From NCBI GenBank assembly GCA_965112735.1, contig OZ218960.1, forward strand, positions 3,162,001 to 3,226,000: 64,000 nt of DNA. Reading direction: 5' to 3'. A program made the translations under genes and the position numbers. This document shows, piece after piece, positions 24,815 to 39,009 of the stretch. Within the stretch, counting starts at the first letter, position 1. Each line of letters starts with the position of its first letter. Below the pieces are notes generated by a model. It was not told the origin of the DNA and ran no database searches. It saw only the letters and a program-made list of their open reading frames with translations. This DNA is from Phaeosaccion multiseriatum. Its lineage: Eukaryota; Protista; Ochrophyta, other classes.

Positions 24815-27607
24815 CGTAGGAGTGGCGGGGCTTTCCCATCACTGAGGCGAAGAAGCTGGTGCGTGCGTGCGTGGTGCGGCGAGTTGACACTCCCCTTCCC
24901 CTCACCCTGAGCCTGAACTAGACCGCGGTCTGACTGACACTCACTCTGACTGACACTCACTCTGACCCCGACTATAGAACCACGACACCAAGGTGTTTCG
25001 CCTCGCATTGCCCACCTCGGACCATGTGATGGGGATGGGAGTTGCCTCGTGCATTCTCATCAAGGTGAGCCTAGGTGTAGGTACAGCAGGTGCATGGGGA
25101 TGGATGGCAGTCGATGGGGCCTTGTGCACTACGACCCAAGTGGGAGTGATGGGTAGCCTGTCCGTGTACGCCTTGCAGTCTCCCTCTTCCCCCCCTGCCC
25201 CGGTTCTCGTGTTCGCCTCCCTCCCTCCCGCTCCCCTTCCTTATCCCCCGCCTCCCCCCCCCCCATCCACCCCCCCTTTCCCGTGCCCCCTTCAGGGCCC
25301 CAACAGGGAGGGCACCGAGGACGTGGTGCGGCCCTACACCCCCACGAGCACCAACGACGAGAAGGGCTACTTCGACCTCCTGATCAAGGCCTACCCCAAG
25401 GGTAACATCTCCACCTACATGCATACGCTGTCCCCCGGGGACAAGGTGCAAGTCAAGGGCCCCTTCCCCAAGCTGCAGTACAGCCCCAATATGAAGAAGC
25501 GTATCGGCATGATCGCAGGTGACTTTCCTTTTCAGTTTCAGTTTCAGTTCCACCGTAGCACCTTATCCCACTGTTGCATTAGCTGTCCCAAAAGAGATGG
25601 CGGTTACGGCGGTTACGGTGGGAGGGGTGAGGAGGGAGCTTGTATCTGCTTCACCCCTCACCCACTGACATATCGCTCCCTCGTGGCCACCCTTCAACGA
25701 TTCTGTGTGTGTGGGCGTGTGTATGGGTGCCCGTGTGTGTGCGTGCGTGCCTCAGGAGGGAGCGGCATCACGCCCATGCTGCAAGTCCTGCACGAAGTCG
25801 TCAATAACCCCAAGGACACCACGGTGAGGCATATGGGCAGAGCAGAGGCATATGGTTAGAGCAGAGGCATATGGGCAGAGCAGAGCAGAGGCATATGGGC
25901 AGAGCAGAGCAGAGCAGAGGCATATGGGCAGAGCAGAGCAGAGGCATATGGGCAGAGCAGGGCAGAGGCACACGGTAGAGCAGAGCAGAGGTGTAGGGGG
26001 GGGTGGGGAAGTGGCGTGGCGCTTCATCTTTCTTCCATCGAGAGAGACCTTCCCTTTCCATCTTCTCTCTCGGGCTGCTTCGCCCTCCCCCCCCTTCCCA
26101 TCCCCTCCGATGCCAAACTCTGGGTGCCTGCTCCCTCTCTCGATCCCTCCCTACCCACCTACCTACCTACCTACCTACCTACCTACCTCGCTCCCTACCT
26201 CCCTCCCTCCCTACCTCTCTCGCTCTCTACCTCTTTTTTTTTGTTTTTTTCCTCTGTGTCCGGATGCCTCCCTACCTCCCTCCCTCCCTACCTCTTTTTG
26301 CTTTTCTTCCTCTCTGTCCGGATGCCTCCGTCCCTTCTCGTCTCCCTCTGTCTCTATGTGCCTCCCTCTCTCTCCTCCTCTATGCCCTTCCCTCCCCCCC
26401 CCCTCTGTCTCTATATATATAATGTCCCTCCCCCTCTCTCCTCTCCTCTGTGCCCTCCCCCCCCCCCCCTCTGCCTCTATATATAATGTCCCTCCTTCTC
26501 TCCCCTCTCTCCTCTGTGCCCTCCCCTCTTCTCCGTCATGTCCCCCCAGGAGGTGACTCTCCTGTTCGGCAATAAGTCGCCCGAGGACATCTTGGTAAGA
26601 TAAGTTTGGGTTAAAAGTAGTTGTGGAAGAGACAGTTAAGGACAGATAATGACGATAGGATAGTTAATTAGTCCCTCCCCAGTCGTAAGTAAGTGAGTGA
26701 GGGTTAGAGAAGGAGGTGCCCCGTAAACACATCACGGCCCGTGGTAACAACGCCGCTGTCCCTGAACAACGCTCCCCCTCACTCACTCACTCACTCACTC
26801 ACTCGCCCACTCACTCACTACCTCACTCACTCACTCACTCACTCTCTCGCCCACTCCCCCGTTGATCTTCCCTCCCGCGTCCCCTCCCCCAGCTAAAGGC
26901 CGAGCTGGACTCTATGGCAGCCAAGCACGACCAGATCAAGGTAATGTCTCAATCAACCCATCTAGTGCCATCCAGGGCCATCTGATGTCTCAATCAACCC
27001 ATCTAGTGCCATCCAGGGCCATCTATCGCAATGCTTGCCGAAGCTGAAAGTACCAACATATGTCATTTGTCAATGTGTATGTGAAGGTGGTGTACAAGGT
27101 GGACTCCCACGCCCCCTCAGACAACTGGACGGGGGCCGTGGGGCACATCGACTCCAACGGTGAGTGTGTTGGTGATACGGAGGGAGTGAGCAAGGGAGTG
27201 AGTGACTAAGTGAGTGAGGGGGAAGGGGAGTGAATGAGTGATTGAGTGAGTGAGTGAGTGAGTGAGTGAGGGAGGGAGAGAGTGCGAGAGGGAGTGAGTG
27301 AGTGAAGGAATGAGTGTGTTAATACGTGACCACGTTACATAGGTGGCCAATGCCCACTGCTCGCTGCTGTTTCATCTCACCAACTGCTCCTGCTGCTGTA
27401 TCACCAACTGCTACTGCTGCATGTCCTTCAGATGTGGACACGCACATGCCCTCCCCGCAGGACGCAGATGGACTCGTGCTGCTGTGCGGTCCTCCCCCCA
27501 TGGTGGACGCGCTGGCAGGCCCCAAGGCGGAGGACAAGTCACAGGGGGAGCTCACGGGCATGCTCAAGAACAAGGGCTTCGCAGCGGAGAACGTGTACAA
27601 ATTTTGA
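24259..27607 (+). CDS. NADH-cytochrome b5 reductase (mitochondrial MCR1-like)
   Basis: About 9 exons. FAD motif RPYTP, YPKGNIS, KGP, GMIAG|GSGITPM, LLFGNK, CGPPPM, QGELTGML, VYKF*. Arg-rich N-terminal presequence. Confidence 0.95.
25819..25990. repeat. GCAGA/GCATATGG-based minisatellite in an intron
   Basis: GAGGCATATGGGCAGAGCA units starting at the donor. Confidence 0.85.
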
Positions 27608-28117
27608 AAAGGCTTTTGTTGACTTATGGGAATCAACCTAAGACTTACACACACACACACAAGTTTTGATTGGGTGGAGCAAGAGGAGGAGGAGGAGGAG
27701 GAGGAGAATGAGGGGGAGGAGGAGGAGGATGCGGAGGAGGAGGACGAGGAGGAGGAGAAGGAGGATGATAAGAAGCAGCAGAGATATGATTGCCTGCAGC
27801 GTAGTCTCTCTGCCGCTCCATGTGGATCAGACAGAACATGACACAAGCTAAGCCTAACTAGTCAGCCAATGAAAGAGGGTCACTAGCTAGTCAGCCAATG
27901 AAACAGGGATACTGTGCTTGGTACTTTGGTATTAATACATGTGTATCCATACTTTCCAAGGTCCAAACATATCCTCGCAGGCCTTGCACAGCTGTCATCC
28001 GTCCTCCCTCGGGGTGTGTCTCTGAGTCGCCTTGCGCATGCCGCAGAGGGACAGGCCCTTCTCAAGCCCCGCACAGGGACAGCGGCTGGTCATTTAGGCA
28101 TATGGGACAACTGTTGG

Positions 28118-31100
28118 TCACACAGGCATATGGGATAGGGCCTTGTTCAAGCTCCGACGGGCGAGGCGGACGCGCAGGTGCAAGTGCTCGTGGTCTCCAC
28201 ATCTAATGGGGCAGGCGTACGGACAGGCATTTGGGGGGATGGCAGCAGATAGGGAGGAGGTGTATGGGCAGGCATATGGGCAGGCACATGGGCAGGTATA
28301 TACGGTAGGGCAGGTGGGTGAGCGGATAGGATGGAAGCTCTGTGAGGTTGCGGTAGGAAGTGACGGAGAGCACGGGGTATGCACGAAAAGGAGGAGCGAG
28401 GAAGGGCCATGCACGCACGCGCCCACGCCCTCGCACCCCCCCCCCCCACACACACACACAAACACACACACACACACACACATCGCCGAACCGAAGAGGC
28501 GGAGATTGCTGCCCTCCCATGCATAGAATCGACGTCACATCACACTGAATATCCAACTGTCCAACTTGTGCAGCTGTGAAGGCACGTACTTGCTCTCAGT
28601 GACCACAAGGCGTGTCCTGTTGGGCACCTCGCGGCCTTGGGGGGGGTTGGCGCCGAGCTGGACACCCGAAGAACCAACGCGCGCACATCAGATAGATCGG
28701 AAGTGGTAGAGAGTCACAGAGAGAGGGCGAAGGGGAGAGGAGCGGTGCGTGTGCGTGCGTAGAGCAGGCAAGTCAGTAAGTCATTAGGTCATCAGAGGAG
28801 TTCAAAAGGTCCGCAGGACAAAAGGGGCCAAGAGCAAGGGCAAGAGCAAGAGCAGGGGGGAAGGGCGGCGGCCAGCTGTCCATGGACTGCCTCTCGGTGA
28901 CGAAGCGGCACAAGCACTCTACCCCCCCGCTATAACTTTTTGTTCTTGTTCTTACATGTCCGTAGCGTCGGAGACACCGAATGCAGCGGCACACGAGCGG
29001 GCCCAGCTCCTCCTTCTCTTCCTCCTCCGCCTGCTCCTCCTGGATCACCAACGGCTCCACCGGTGCTTCCCTCCTTGGGGCCCTGATCCACCGTAGCCAA
29101 GCCGCGTGCAGCTGAGCCCGACGAGCGATGTGCGCTAGGGACGAGAAGGCCTGCACCGCCCCCCGGGAGAAAGGAGAGAGAGTAGTGAGTGGTGGGTTGA
29201 GCAGAGCAGAGAAGAGACGAGCAGAGGCATATGGGCAGGACAGGGCAGAGCAGATCAGAGCAGGTGTCAGTCGTCGGTCGGCATGCATGCATGCATGCAT
29301 GGGAGCACTAACAAGTCAGGCAATTATCATGGGTATGTTTTGGTCATTCACCCCCAACCCTCCAGCCTTTCCCTCTCTCTCTCTCTCTCCGACTGCCTGC
29401 CTGTCTGCCTGTCTGTCTGTCTGTCTATCCCTCACCTGTGCGAGTCGCCGGGCTCTCTCCTTCCTCGCGTCCCTCGCCTCCGATACAAAGTCCAGCCACA
29501 GAAACCTGTGGACAAGCACGCACGCACACACACCAGAGGGGAGGGGAGGGGCCCCAATATGACAACAGATGGCACCAGAGGGGAGGGGAGGGGTCCCAAT
29601 AAGACAACAGATGGCATCAGAGGGGAGGGGCCCAATAAGACAACAGATGGCATCAGCAATGCAGCATGAACAATCAGCCACAACATGAAAGAGAGGGCGC
29701 ACGTGGACGAACTCACCACCGCAAGTCGCGAGTATCACAAAGTCGGACAGTCAGGCAGTCGTGTAGTCAGGTAGCGACACACTCACACACTTACACACAC
29801 TCACACCTGCCCCATCCACTGCCATCCCCCCACTCTTTTCATGGGGGGCGCTCCTCCCTCCTCCCTCGTCTCCTCTGCCCTGTTCTCACAGCCGCACAGC
29901 CTTACCAGTGCCGCTTCAGCCTCCATCGCCTCCGCTCTTCCCTCGCCGCCGCACACGCACGCACCCACGCCCGCCAAGCCCTCCGTAACCGTCGCTCCCT
30001 CGCCCGCTCCAAAGCCGTGTGCACCTTCCATGCCGCACATGCCTCCCGCAAGAGGCGAAGGCGATGGGCGAGTAGGCGCCGCAGCAGCAGGGATGGCAGT
30101 CTGTGTCTTTGCCGGACCCTTTGTCTGGCCCAGTCTGCCCAGGCTTGGAAGATTTGGCGTTTCAGAAAGGCGTTTCGGAGGCGGCGCATAAGGAGCTGCA
30201 GTCCGTACTCGCGGTTGTACTTTGATGGAGAGGGAAGATATGGATGACAGGTGATGGGATATCAAGAATGCAACAACGCGAGCAAGGGGGTGTGGTCGGT
30301 GTAGGCACAGCACAGAAAAAGAGGAGGAGGAGGAGGAGGAGGAGGAGGAGGAGGAGGAGGAGGAGGAGGAGGAGGAGGAGGAGGAGGAGGAGGAGGAGGA
30401 GGAGGAGGAGGAGGAGGAGGAGGAGGAGGAGGAGGAGGAGGAGGAGGAGGAGGAGGAGGAGGAGGAGGAGGAGGAGGAGGAGGAGGAGGAGGAGGAGGAG
30501 GAGGAGGAGGAGGAGGAGGAGGAGGAGGAGGAGGAGGAGGAGGAGGAGGAGGAGGAGGAGGAGGAGGAGGAAGAGGCAAATGAGGAAAAGGAGGAGCAGA
30601 GGAGAAAATGTGTTGCCGTAGAGAGAGGCACGCATGACGCCTCATGAGAGGCAGGGAAGGATCAAACAAAAAGCAACCCATCCTCCTTCTTCCCTTCCCT
30701 TCCTCCCGTAAGATGACGGTTACACACTCGTAAGACGACTGTTACACTTGACTGCACCTTCCGCACGGCAATGTTGAGGTTCCACAGCTCAAGGAAGTGC
30801 CGCAGCAGCGCCCGCCTCCTCTGCTGCGCCTCCACCGCGGCGCGCAGCTTCTGTAACGCCATTCGCTTCAGTAGCTGCGCCTAAAGGAGGGGGTCAGAGG
30901 GGGTGGTGTAGCGCTCAGTGCAAGGGGCAAACAGCGTAGGGTAGGGCACTCACTCACTCCCTGTTTGTTGCCTTACTGCGAGGAATTCTCTGTATGCTGT
31001 CTGGGGGCCGGGCATATGGGCAGGCATATGGGCAGGCATATGGGCAGGCATAGGCCAATGTGCCCTGTAGCTCCTCATGAGGCGAGACTAGGAGCCCACT

Positions 31101-32702
31101 CGGGTCCCCTCCAGCCCCCCCGGGTCAGCCTTCCCACGCCCCTGGAAGGGTCAAAGCCAACGCACCTTCATGTCAAGTCCTGTGAGGCACATCCGCGCGG
31201 CCCTCTTCCAAAGGGCTCTTCGCAGGCACCGCTGTTGGGCCCAGCCCTTCCATGCCTGGGGAGAGGGGGGATGGCAGTGCACGAGCGGCAGCAAGGGGAG
31301 GGGTCACAGGCACGAAGGAAGGGGTGGGAGGGAGGGAGGGGGAGGGAGAGAGGGATAGAGGGAACCCTTGTCTCAATTGTCTCTATGCCTGTTCTGTTCA
31401 CCGGCCTGCTCATACTCCTCCTCCGGCCTGTCCCCCCCTCCTTCCCTCCCTCCCTCCCTCCCTCCCTCCCTCCCTCCCTCCCTCCCTCCCTCCCTCCCTC
31501 CCTCCCTCCCTCCCTCTCTCCCTCTCTCCCTCCCTCCCTCCCTCCCAAACAAGTGTGCTGTACCTGGTAGGCCCTCCAGCAGGTCGCTTGCTGTGCGAGA
31601 GAGAGCAACATCCTCCGCTTCAGAGCGGCGTGCCGCGCCAGGGTCGGCTCTGAGGAGGGCGGCCAGCAGGCACAGCTCCATCTGCATGCATGCACGCATG
31701 AGACAGGGGGGAGAGGGAGGAGGGGGTGAGGGGAAGGCATGCGGTAATGCGGCCGGAGAGAGGTGTGGAGAAAGCGCCCCCCCTCCCCTCTCCTCTTGGG
31801 CGGTCGGGTGGGCATGGTGGTAGATGGCACTAGATGCACATCCCCAGAGACAGAACGAGAAGGCGGAGAATTCTCGAGGCTGGACTCATGTACGAAAGTA
31901 CGAGTACGCAAGCACACATGCGCGATGTGACTGACCTGCCCAGAGCCGATGACAGCTTGCGCTTCCTCAGGCGGCGTGTGAGGCGGTGCAGGAAGGAGCA
32001 GAGCTTGGCCCGGTCTTGCTCGTACCATCGCCGAGAGACGTGGCGACCGATGAAGGCAGGGGCTGCACACGCACCGGAGGAAGGGAGGGAGGGAGGGAGG
32101 GAGGGGGGTAGGGGAGCAAGGAGGAGAGGAAAAGAGAGAGAGAGAGATTTATAGAAGAGACTCTCTCAATGAATGAGGAGTCCTACTCTCGAAAAAACAC
32201 ATGGACAACTTCTGTCTGTGTGTGTGCCATGGCTGTAGCTATCCACCAACGTACGTACCCGAAGCCAAGCCGCGTTTGCCGAAGGGAGCCCTTCTTAGCA
32301 TCACTCCCTGCGCGTCTCCCGTGCAGCCTGCCTGCAGGAGCTGCAAGCTGTGCAAGCTGTTTATGTGGTTTTTGCTTTGGCACTGGTCAGAGGTAGACAC
32401 CTGAGAAGCACAACGGTAGGGAGAGTTACTCACGTCTGATTGCAGGTGCCAGCAATCCACATTGCTCCTCCGTCTACATCTGGGCATCGCTGGCCTTTTT
32501 ACGCACTCACCACCGGGACATCGTCGCCTTGAAGTCCCTGCTGCCTCTGCTTCTGGAGAGGATACCACACATCCCAGTTGTCTGTCTGGCACGCCTTCCT
32601 CCCCTCCCAGGCGCCTCGTGGTGGGTGAGGGTGATGAGCCCATAACGGCGCTTCCCTCGCCACTGCTCCTCGGCCGTAGACGTCTTCCTCATCCTCTCCC
32701 AT
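28118..32702 (-). CDS. Sfi1-like (centrin-binding-type W-repeat) protein
   Basis: Phase-compatible exons with periodic basic ..L....F..W motifs: LKRQIFQAWADW, LLREACAAWK, LRRAWRAW, LLRHFLELWN, LHAAWLRW, YQAWKGW. Start and last exons tentative. Confidence 0.55.
30321..30570. repeat. Pure (GAG)n trinucleotide tract, ~83 units, intronic
   Basis: Directly visible. Confidence 0.95.
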
Positions 32703-33060
32703 CGCTTCCCCTTCCTTTAACCAAAGACAAGAGGTCTCAACCCACTCTGTGCCCCATTCCCTTCGTCCAGGAGCTTTGTGAGGGGGGGAAATTGATGTTC
32801 CGTTGTCGAAGGCCTTCCCGCCGACCGATGCCGGGCCGAATGTCCCTAAACCTTACTTTTAGGACGGGCGCGAGACTTTTGTCGACTTTTGTACACATAG
32901 ACCAGCTCCCTCCGTAGCGGTCTTGACCCCAGCCCAGTGACACTCAAAAGCCCTCCTCACTCTCACTCGAATGCAGGAGAGACTGGAGAGAAGCACACAC
33001 GCAGTGCTGCAGAGTGCTAAGCCCGCTCGAGCTGGAGCAGCAGGCGGTAACACACACACT

Positions 33061-33092
<32 letters not shown>

Positions 33093-33510
33093 TACAAGGC
33101 GGAGAGCGAAGAGGGCAAGCAGAGATTACGAGGCTGCTGTCGCTGCCCCCATCCGTTGGTCACTGGATGTTGCTTGCCCGTATCAAGAAGGGTATCCCTT
33201 GTAGGTAAGCGCTGAACGTCGCCCAAACTTACACAAATTCCGTACCACCTTGGTACTCTTGGCGAACGCAACAAGACAACTATATGTGCCTTTATCACAC
33301 GGACGGAGGAGACTACTTTTAACAACCCCTCCAAGCCCCGCCCCTCCCTCATCTGCGCTTATGCGTATGACCCTCGAGCCGCGAGACTCCCAAGCTCCGA
33401 GATGGGTCCGCCCTTCCGGCAGGGGAGGGATGAAGATGACTCCTTCCATCCCGCCAGGCCCCTCGCGTCTTAGCACCGAGACAGACGAGCCTTTGTCGCC
33501 TAGCAGTCCC

Positions 33511-36500
33511 CTACTGCAGCACCCGAAGGATCTGCCTCGTCCTCCTGTCCAGCTCGTCGAGCCCGTAGTCTGCGAAGAAGGCGGAGAGAGCAGCCCCGTC
33601 CGGCACCTGTTGAGCAGCAGCAAGCACGGCACACGAGTACGTCACACATCACATCACACGCACACGCAACCCAGGGATGGCAGTCCGAGCTTGTGAGGAT
33701 GGGAGGCGGCTCCGAGTCAGAATTCAGAAGGGGCGATCGGAGGGCACGCAGCGGGGGGAGGCAATGCCATGCAAGCTCTAAGCTCATATACTTTGAGCCA
33801 CGAAGCAGTTCGGGTTGGTGGGAAGCAAGCGGGCGGAGCAAACAAGTGCTTCCTCCTCGTCAAAGGTGTCAACGGTGCCATGGCATCAGTCCTGGTCAAG
33901 CCGGTTCGGGAGTACTCCCACTCACGCGCTCACACACTCACGCGCCCACGCACTCACCTCGTACGCATCCATCTCCGTGAGGCTGAAGTCGAGCTGCGAG
34001 AAGTGGGGACAGAGAGGGGGAGAGAGAGGCGGACGGTCGGGATCAGGGTCAGGTCCATAAGCTGCGCCAACAAGGGGTAAAAGCGCTCCACAGCCATGCG
34101 CCTGCATACACACACACACCTGCACATCTTCCCTCAGGGTGAGAAGTTCTTTGGACAGTCGGGCTAGAGCCTGCGGGGGTCGACGGCCACAGCACACAGA
34201 GTGTTGGAAGGGGAGGGCAGGCAACAGGTCCATGCACATGTCGAGGGGGACACTCGGAGGGAGGAAGAAGAGACCGTACATGACTCTCTCACGTCATGGA
34301 TACCTGAGTCTCAGGGGCGGCGAGGGTCTGCCGCATTTTGCTCTTCTTCATCGGGGGCAGGGACTGCTGCTGCTGCTGCTCGCCCTCTGTCTCCCCGCCT
34401 GGGCTGTCGCCGCTGCTGCTGCTGCTGCTGCTGCTGCCGTTGTCTCGTGTTGCGGTGGCTAAGATGGCCTCAAGAGAGGGGTAAGTAGACAGGAGCGTGG
34501 CGCCCCTCCCCTTCCCTACGCCTACGCAAACAACAGCCCGGACGAGAGGTGGGGAGGGTGGTGTGGTGGCGTTGGTATGAGGGGGCGGGCTCAGCACATG
34601 AGGGCTCTGCACATGGCGCTCGCTCATCTCTAGAGCACCCCTTCAGCGTAAGAATGTCGCACGGCCGCACGCCCGCCCCTGTACCCTCACTGACTTACGC
34701 CTTACCGGGCACGCCGGGGATATTGTCGGCTGCGTCCCCCATCATGGCCATGAGGTCGTTCATCTGATTGGGCTGCACACCCCACTTCTCCATCACCTCC
34801 TCGGGACCGATGGCGTTGCCTACGAGGCACACACAGCCATACATCGGCAGCCATAAGAGGTACAGAAATAGACAGTCAAGGAGAGACAGACACAGACAAC
34901 CAACACAAAGCAAAGTGAGGTATTGTATTGCCTGTGGGCAATCAAGAACAAGCGGGTACAGGAACGGCCCTTTCGCGACAATGGAGAGTGAGAGAGAGAA
35001 AGAAAGAGCCCTCTCCTGCCTTCTGCAGGGGCGAGTCGAACTCAATCACCGCACGAGGGCCTCGGACAGAGCAGAGGCGACCGCTGAATACATCCTCAAT
35101 GGCAGTGGATGGTAATGCGGGAGGGAGGTGTTATGGCAGTGGATGGTTGTGCGGGAGGGAGATGAAAGGTGTCGCTCAGCCTCCATGAGCCGCCCCTCGC
35201 TCCTTCTCCCTCTCTCCTTCCTTCCCTCCCCCCCTCCCTCCTCCCCTCCTTCCGTACCGAACTTGGCATCGACAAGGTTGACATCGTCCGTCACGAGTTG
35301 CGCAAAGTCCTTGTCGCTGGACATGATGAGCACCTTGCCTGCTCCCTGTGCCAGAGCAGAGGCCGTCAGAGTGGCGATCACGTCATCGGCTTCGAAGTCC
35401 TGGGAGGGAGGGAGTTAGTGAGGTGAGTGAGTAAGATAGTGAGGGAGTGAGCGAGCCCGTTAGAGGGGGAGAGGGAGGCGAGAGGCAACGCAAGACCGAC
35501 CGACCGTCGCACAAAGAGCTTCACTGCGTCAGTAGACAGTATACGCTTACACGCACACACGCAAAAGCAAAGAACATGGCATCGGGCTAACCAGAGAGGA
35601 AGAAAGGGGAAGGGGTGGGGGGGGGGGGGCGAGATCGAGATAACTACATCGAGGCCTTGAATCGCACTATTCTACAGGGCAAGAACGGGGTGGGTGTGTG
35701 GTGTGTGGAAGGAAAGCCTGCTTTGCTTCTCCCGTAACATGACGCGGACCCCACCTTGGTGGCAGCGACGCAAGGAAGGCCATAGCTGCACGTGTGGCCG
35801 CCGCAGTCCGGAGGGAGGAAGTGAAGAGTAGGGCAGCGCGGGAGGGTTGAGGGAGCAGGTAGCCCGGCAGACAGACACTCAGACACTCAGATGGAATGGG
35901 CTCAACGGCATGGTGGTCTACAAGTACCGGCACGGTGTAGACACACACCAGTGTAAACACTGCCGCACACTTACGCTTCGCACGCGAGCTTAGCAATGTC
36001 GAACTGCCCGCGTATCTCCGGCGGCGGGGAGGTGCGGTTGGCCTTGTAGCCCGGGTACAGCGTCTTGCGGAAGGATGGCCCCAGCCCCGAGTCGAACACC
36101 ATCACCGCCAGCACCCCAGGGCCCTCCTGGGATGGACACAACACACGCACGCAAAGGGGGAGCGGGAACTGTTACTCCAAGCACCAGTCGCCGGTCGATC
36201 GTGCTTTCCCTTACCCCTGTCCACCAGCGTCGGTCGGGTGGCAGTCTACGGCGTTCCACCTTTGCTCACCTCGCTCTCCCCCTTGGCGATACTCTTTCGG
36301 AGGTCCACGACAGGCTTGAGCAGGACCTGCGTCATTCACACAGCAAGCAACACACGTGAGTGAGTGAGGGAGGTCGAGGCTCTACCTCAGCGGCTTCCCT
36401 GCGGCAGATCTTTCGGCTCGGTGGTTGAGTGGGGCAGGCAACAGGAAAGGAACTTCCATGAACCAACAGACCTTGTTGATCGTATTGCAGAAGCCTACGA

Positions 36501-37231
36501 CGGCAGAGACGGGCACTGCCTTGGTCCTGCTGGTGAGGGGAGGCATGGCGTAGAACGAGCGAAAGATCAAGTGCGAGCCATCGATGAGCAGCACATCCTG
36601 GCCTGCAGATACAGCAGTTGGTGATACAGTAGTGGTGGCACAATGAAGAAGTGTAGACGGGCGGGAAAGAGGAGCAGCGGACTTCAGTGTAAGCGAGAGC
36701 CTTGAGCACAGCATTGTGGTCATGCAGCATCGACCCCGTGACCACAGAAGAAGGCTCGCAACGCACTGAGCTCACAGCTTGCCACCACGCACCTGAGAGA
36801 GGCAGCAGTCCGCCTTCTGCGGGCACGGAGGACGCCCCCCCGCCTGACTCCTCACCCATCCCACTCCTGGAGGAGAGCGCAGCCGTCCTCCCAGCCCTCC
36901 CTATTCGGTGATGTGAGTGGCGTGGCTGTGAAATCCTCCCCTGAGCAGCAGTATAATGTTGGTGAGGCAGGGCAGCTGGTGCCGATAGCGATAATGATGA
37001 GAGCGACAAGTGTGAGAATCGAGTCGGTCCTCCTTGTGCCGACGTTGACGATGGAAGCCTTCTTCTGCGGCACGTTGGCCTGCCAGCTGCCTCCGATACC
37101 GACACGACCCCTCGAGCCATACGCTGCAGAGAGGGTGGCACCATGTTGGAGGTCGCAACAAAGGCGTTCCCGCCTTGGAGGATTGTCAACAGTACAAACA
37201 GCCCCCCTTCCTGCTGCCCTACGAAGAGCAT
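33511..37231 (-). CDS. Stand-alone 5'-3' exonuclease/flap endonuclease (Pol I N-terminal domain type), probably plastid-targeted
   Basis: VLLIDGSHLIFRSFYA, VFDSG...FRKTLYPGYKANR, FEADDVIATL, SSDKDFAQLV, H3TH motif MGDAADNIPGVPG|GVGKG. Last exon VPDGAALSAFFADYGL...VLQ*. N-terminal hydrophobic signal + NAF. No polymerase domain. Confidence 0.9.
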
Positions 37232-37592
37232 ACGTTATTCCTCCTGGCTACAAACACGGAGAGAAGGATTCTGCGGGATACACCGAGGCTCGTTATGCTG
37301 ATGTAGTAGCTGATCGAAGAGAAGGAAGTCAAAGAGGCAGCTGTGAACAACAACACGGGAACGGGGATCTGTGAATGCTGACATCTATTGCCATCTAGCT
37401 GTGTTGCCGAAATCAATTCCCCCCACAAATCGGAGCTGAAGCTGGCAGTTTGATGAAGAAAGAGGGCCACAAACCGATGAACGGGAACAACATTGACGGG
37501 AGACTCTTCATGTAAAAATATTCTGGCTGGTTTCAGCCTGCTACAAAGCTACCAAGATTAGCTGGGGAAATTGGTGCTTTACCTACTTCACC
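37232..37592. promoter_or_regulatory. Short divergent (bidirectional) promoter interval between the exonuclease and SMCHD1-like copy 1
   Basis: Head-to-head ATGs 361 bp apart; more AT-rich than flanks. Confidence 0.5.
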
Positions 37593-38938
37593 ATGGCGAC
37601 CTCAGGACGAGGGGGCACTGAGATCGTCAGTGAGATCGTCCTGGTGGGCTTCGATAGGGTGAGATGGTCATCCTCCCGCTCAGCTCTGTTTATTCTTTGC
37701 CACCCGCTGTCCTCTAAAGCACCCACCCCACCATCCCACCCTTCCCGCCTTAACCGACCTAATGGAATGCGTACCACAGACCGCCGAACTGAAGGTCTCC
37801 TCCCTTCCCGAAAGCTACTCGGCCTTTAGACAACTGGTGCGCAACAAGTTTAAGCTGGGAGGAGGGAAGCAGTCTGGCGAAGCCCCGGGAGAGCGCTCAG
37901 AAGAGGGGGCGGGACAGAGCTTTTTAGTCACCGACACAGATCGCCGGGAGATCGACGAGGCAGCCTATCAGCAGCTCCGGTAGGTTCACAGCACCCAAGG
38001 GCAGATGGAAGGAGCCTTTTGGGCACTGTAGCCCATTCGGGCCGCACTTGCACGTGCTTTACTGAGAGATCGTGCAGCGTAAGGCAGTCCCAGAAATGAT
38101 CCTTGACTTCGAGTGCCATTACTTCCTCTTCCCTCCCCACCCTCCAACAAATGCGTATGCTCTCTTCGCTCTCCAGGAGCGGCGACAGATGGCGGCAGGA
38201 TACGAGCGCGAGCAGCAAGTTCATGGTGCTCAGCGACAGAGACGCGGAGCTGCGGGGCTCTCTGCAGGAGGAAATCAGCTTCGAGCCGCACCACGAGGCC
38301 CTGGTCGGGGCAGGTCAGTCAATAAGCCAATGAATGTCGAGGTTGTCTGGGGCCAGTGAAGATGCAGGAGTGGTCTGCCTCAATGCGATTTTGAATGCCT
38401 CTGTGCGTACGCGAGCACGCCCAAATGCGAAACTGAACTGACCCAAACGCCGGAACTGAGACTGAAGCCGACTATCTACCCCTCCTGCTGTGTGGCTTGC
38501 AGGCAAGGCGCACTTCAACAACGTCAGCCACGCCGTCGGAGAATTCGTGGACAATTCCATACGTAAGTAGCGCCTAAGTAGTGGGGAAGTGTCGGTCAGC
38601 CCGCCCGCCCCATGACACGGAGTTTGTTCGAGATTTCCGAGGAGGGGTGGGGGGGGGGAACAGCAAGAGTGGTGGTGGTGCAGTCCCTGGTGCTGGGCTG
38701 ATGCTGAGTCTGTCTATCTGTATCCCCATCTTCTCTGAACAGAGGCCACACGCCACAACGAGAATGGCAACAAGAAGATTCGAGTCATGCTCAACTTCGC
38801 GGCCCCCTCGAGCGGCGCAGACAGCCACATGGTCATTTGGGACAACGGAAAGGGCATGGACGTCAAGGGTGTCAAGCAGTTCGCTACCTACTTCCTCAGG
38901 TGAGTGTGTGTGTGTGTGTGCGGATGTGGCACTGTGCA

Positions 38939-39009
<71 letters not shown>

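Noticed and set aside
29801-30681. Poly-S/L/P/R ORFs
   Set aside because: They are the intronic (GAG)n tract read in various frames.
38350-38480. Intronic C/D-box snoRNA
   Set aside because: Only a degenerate C box (GTGAAGA) and common CTGA words; no terminal stem or recognisable guide.
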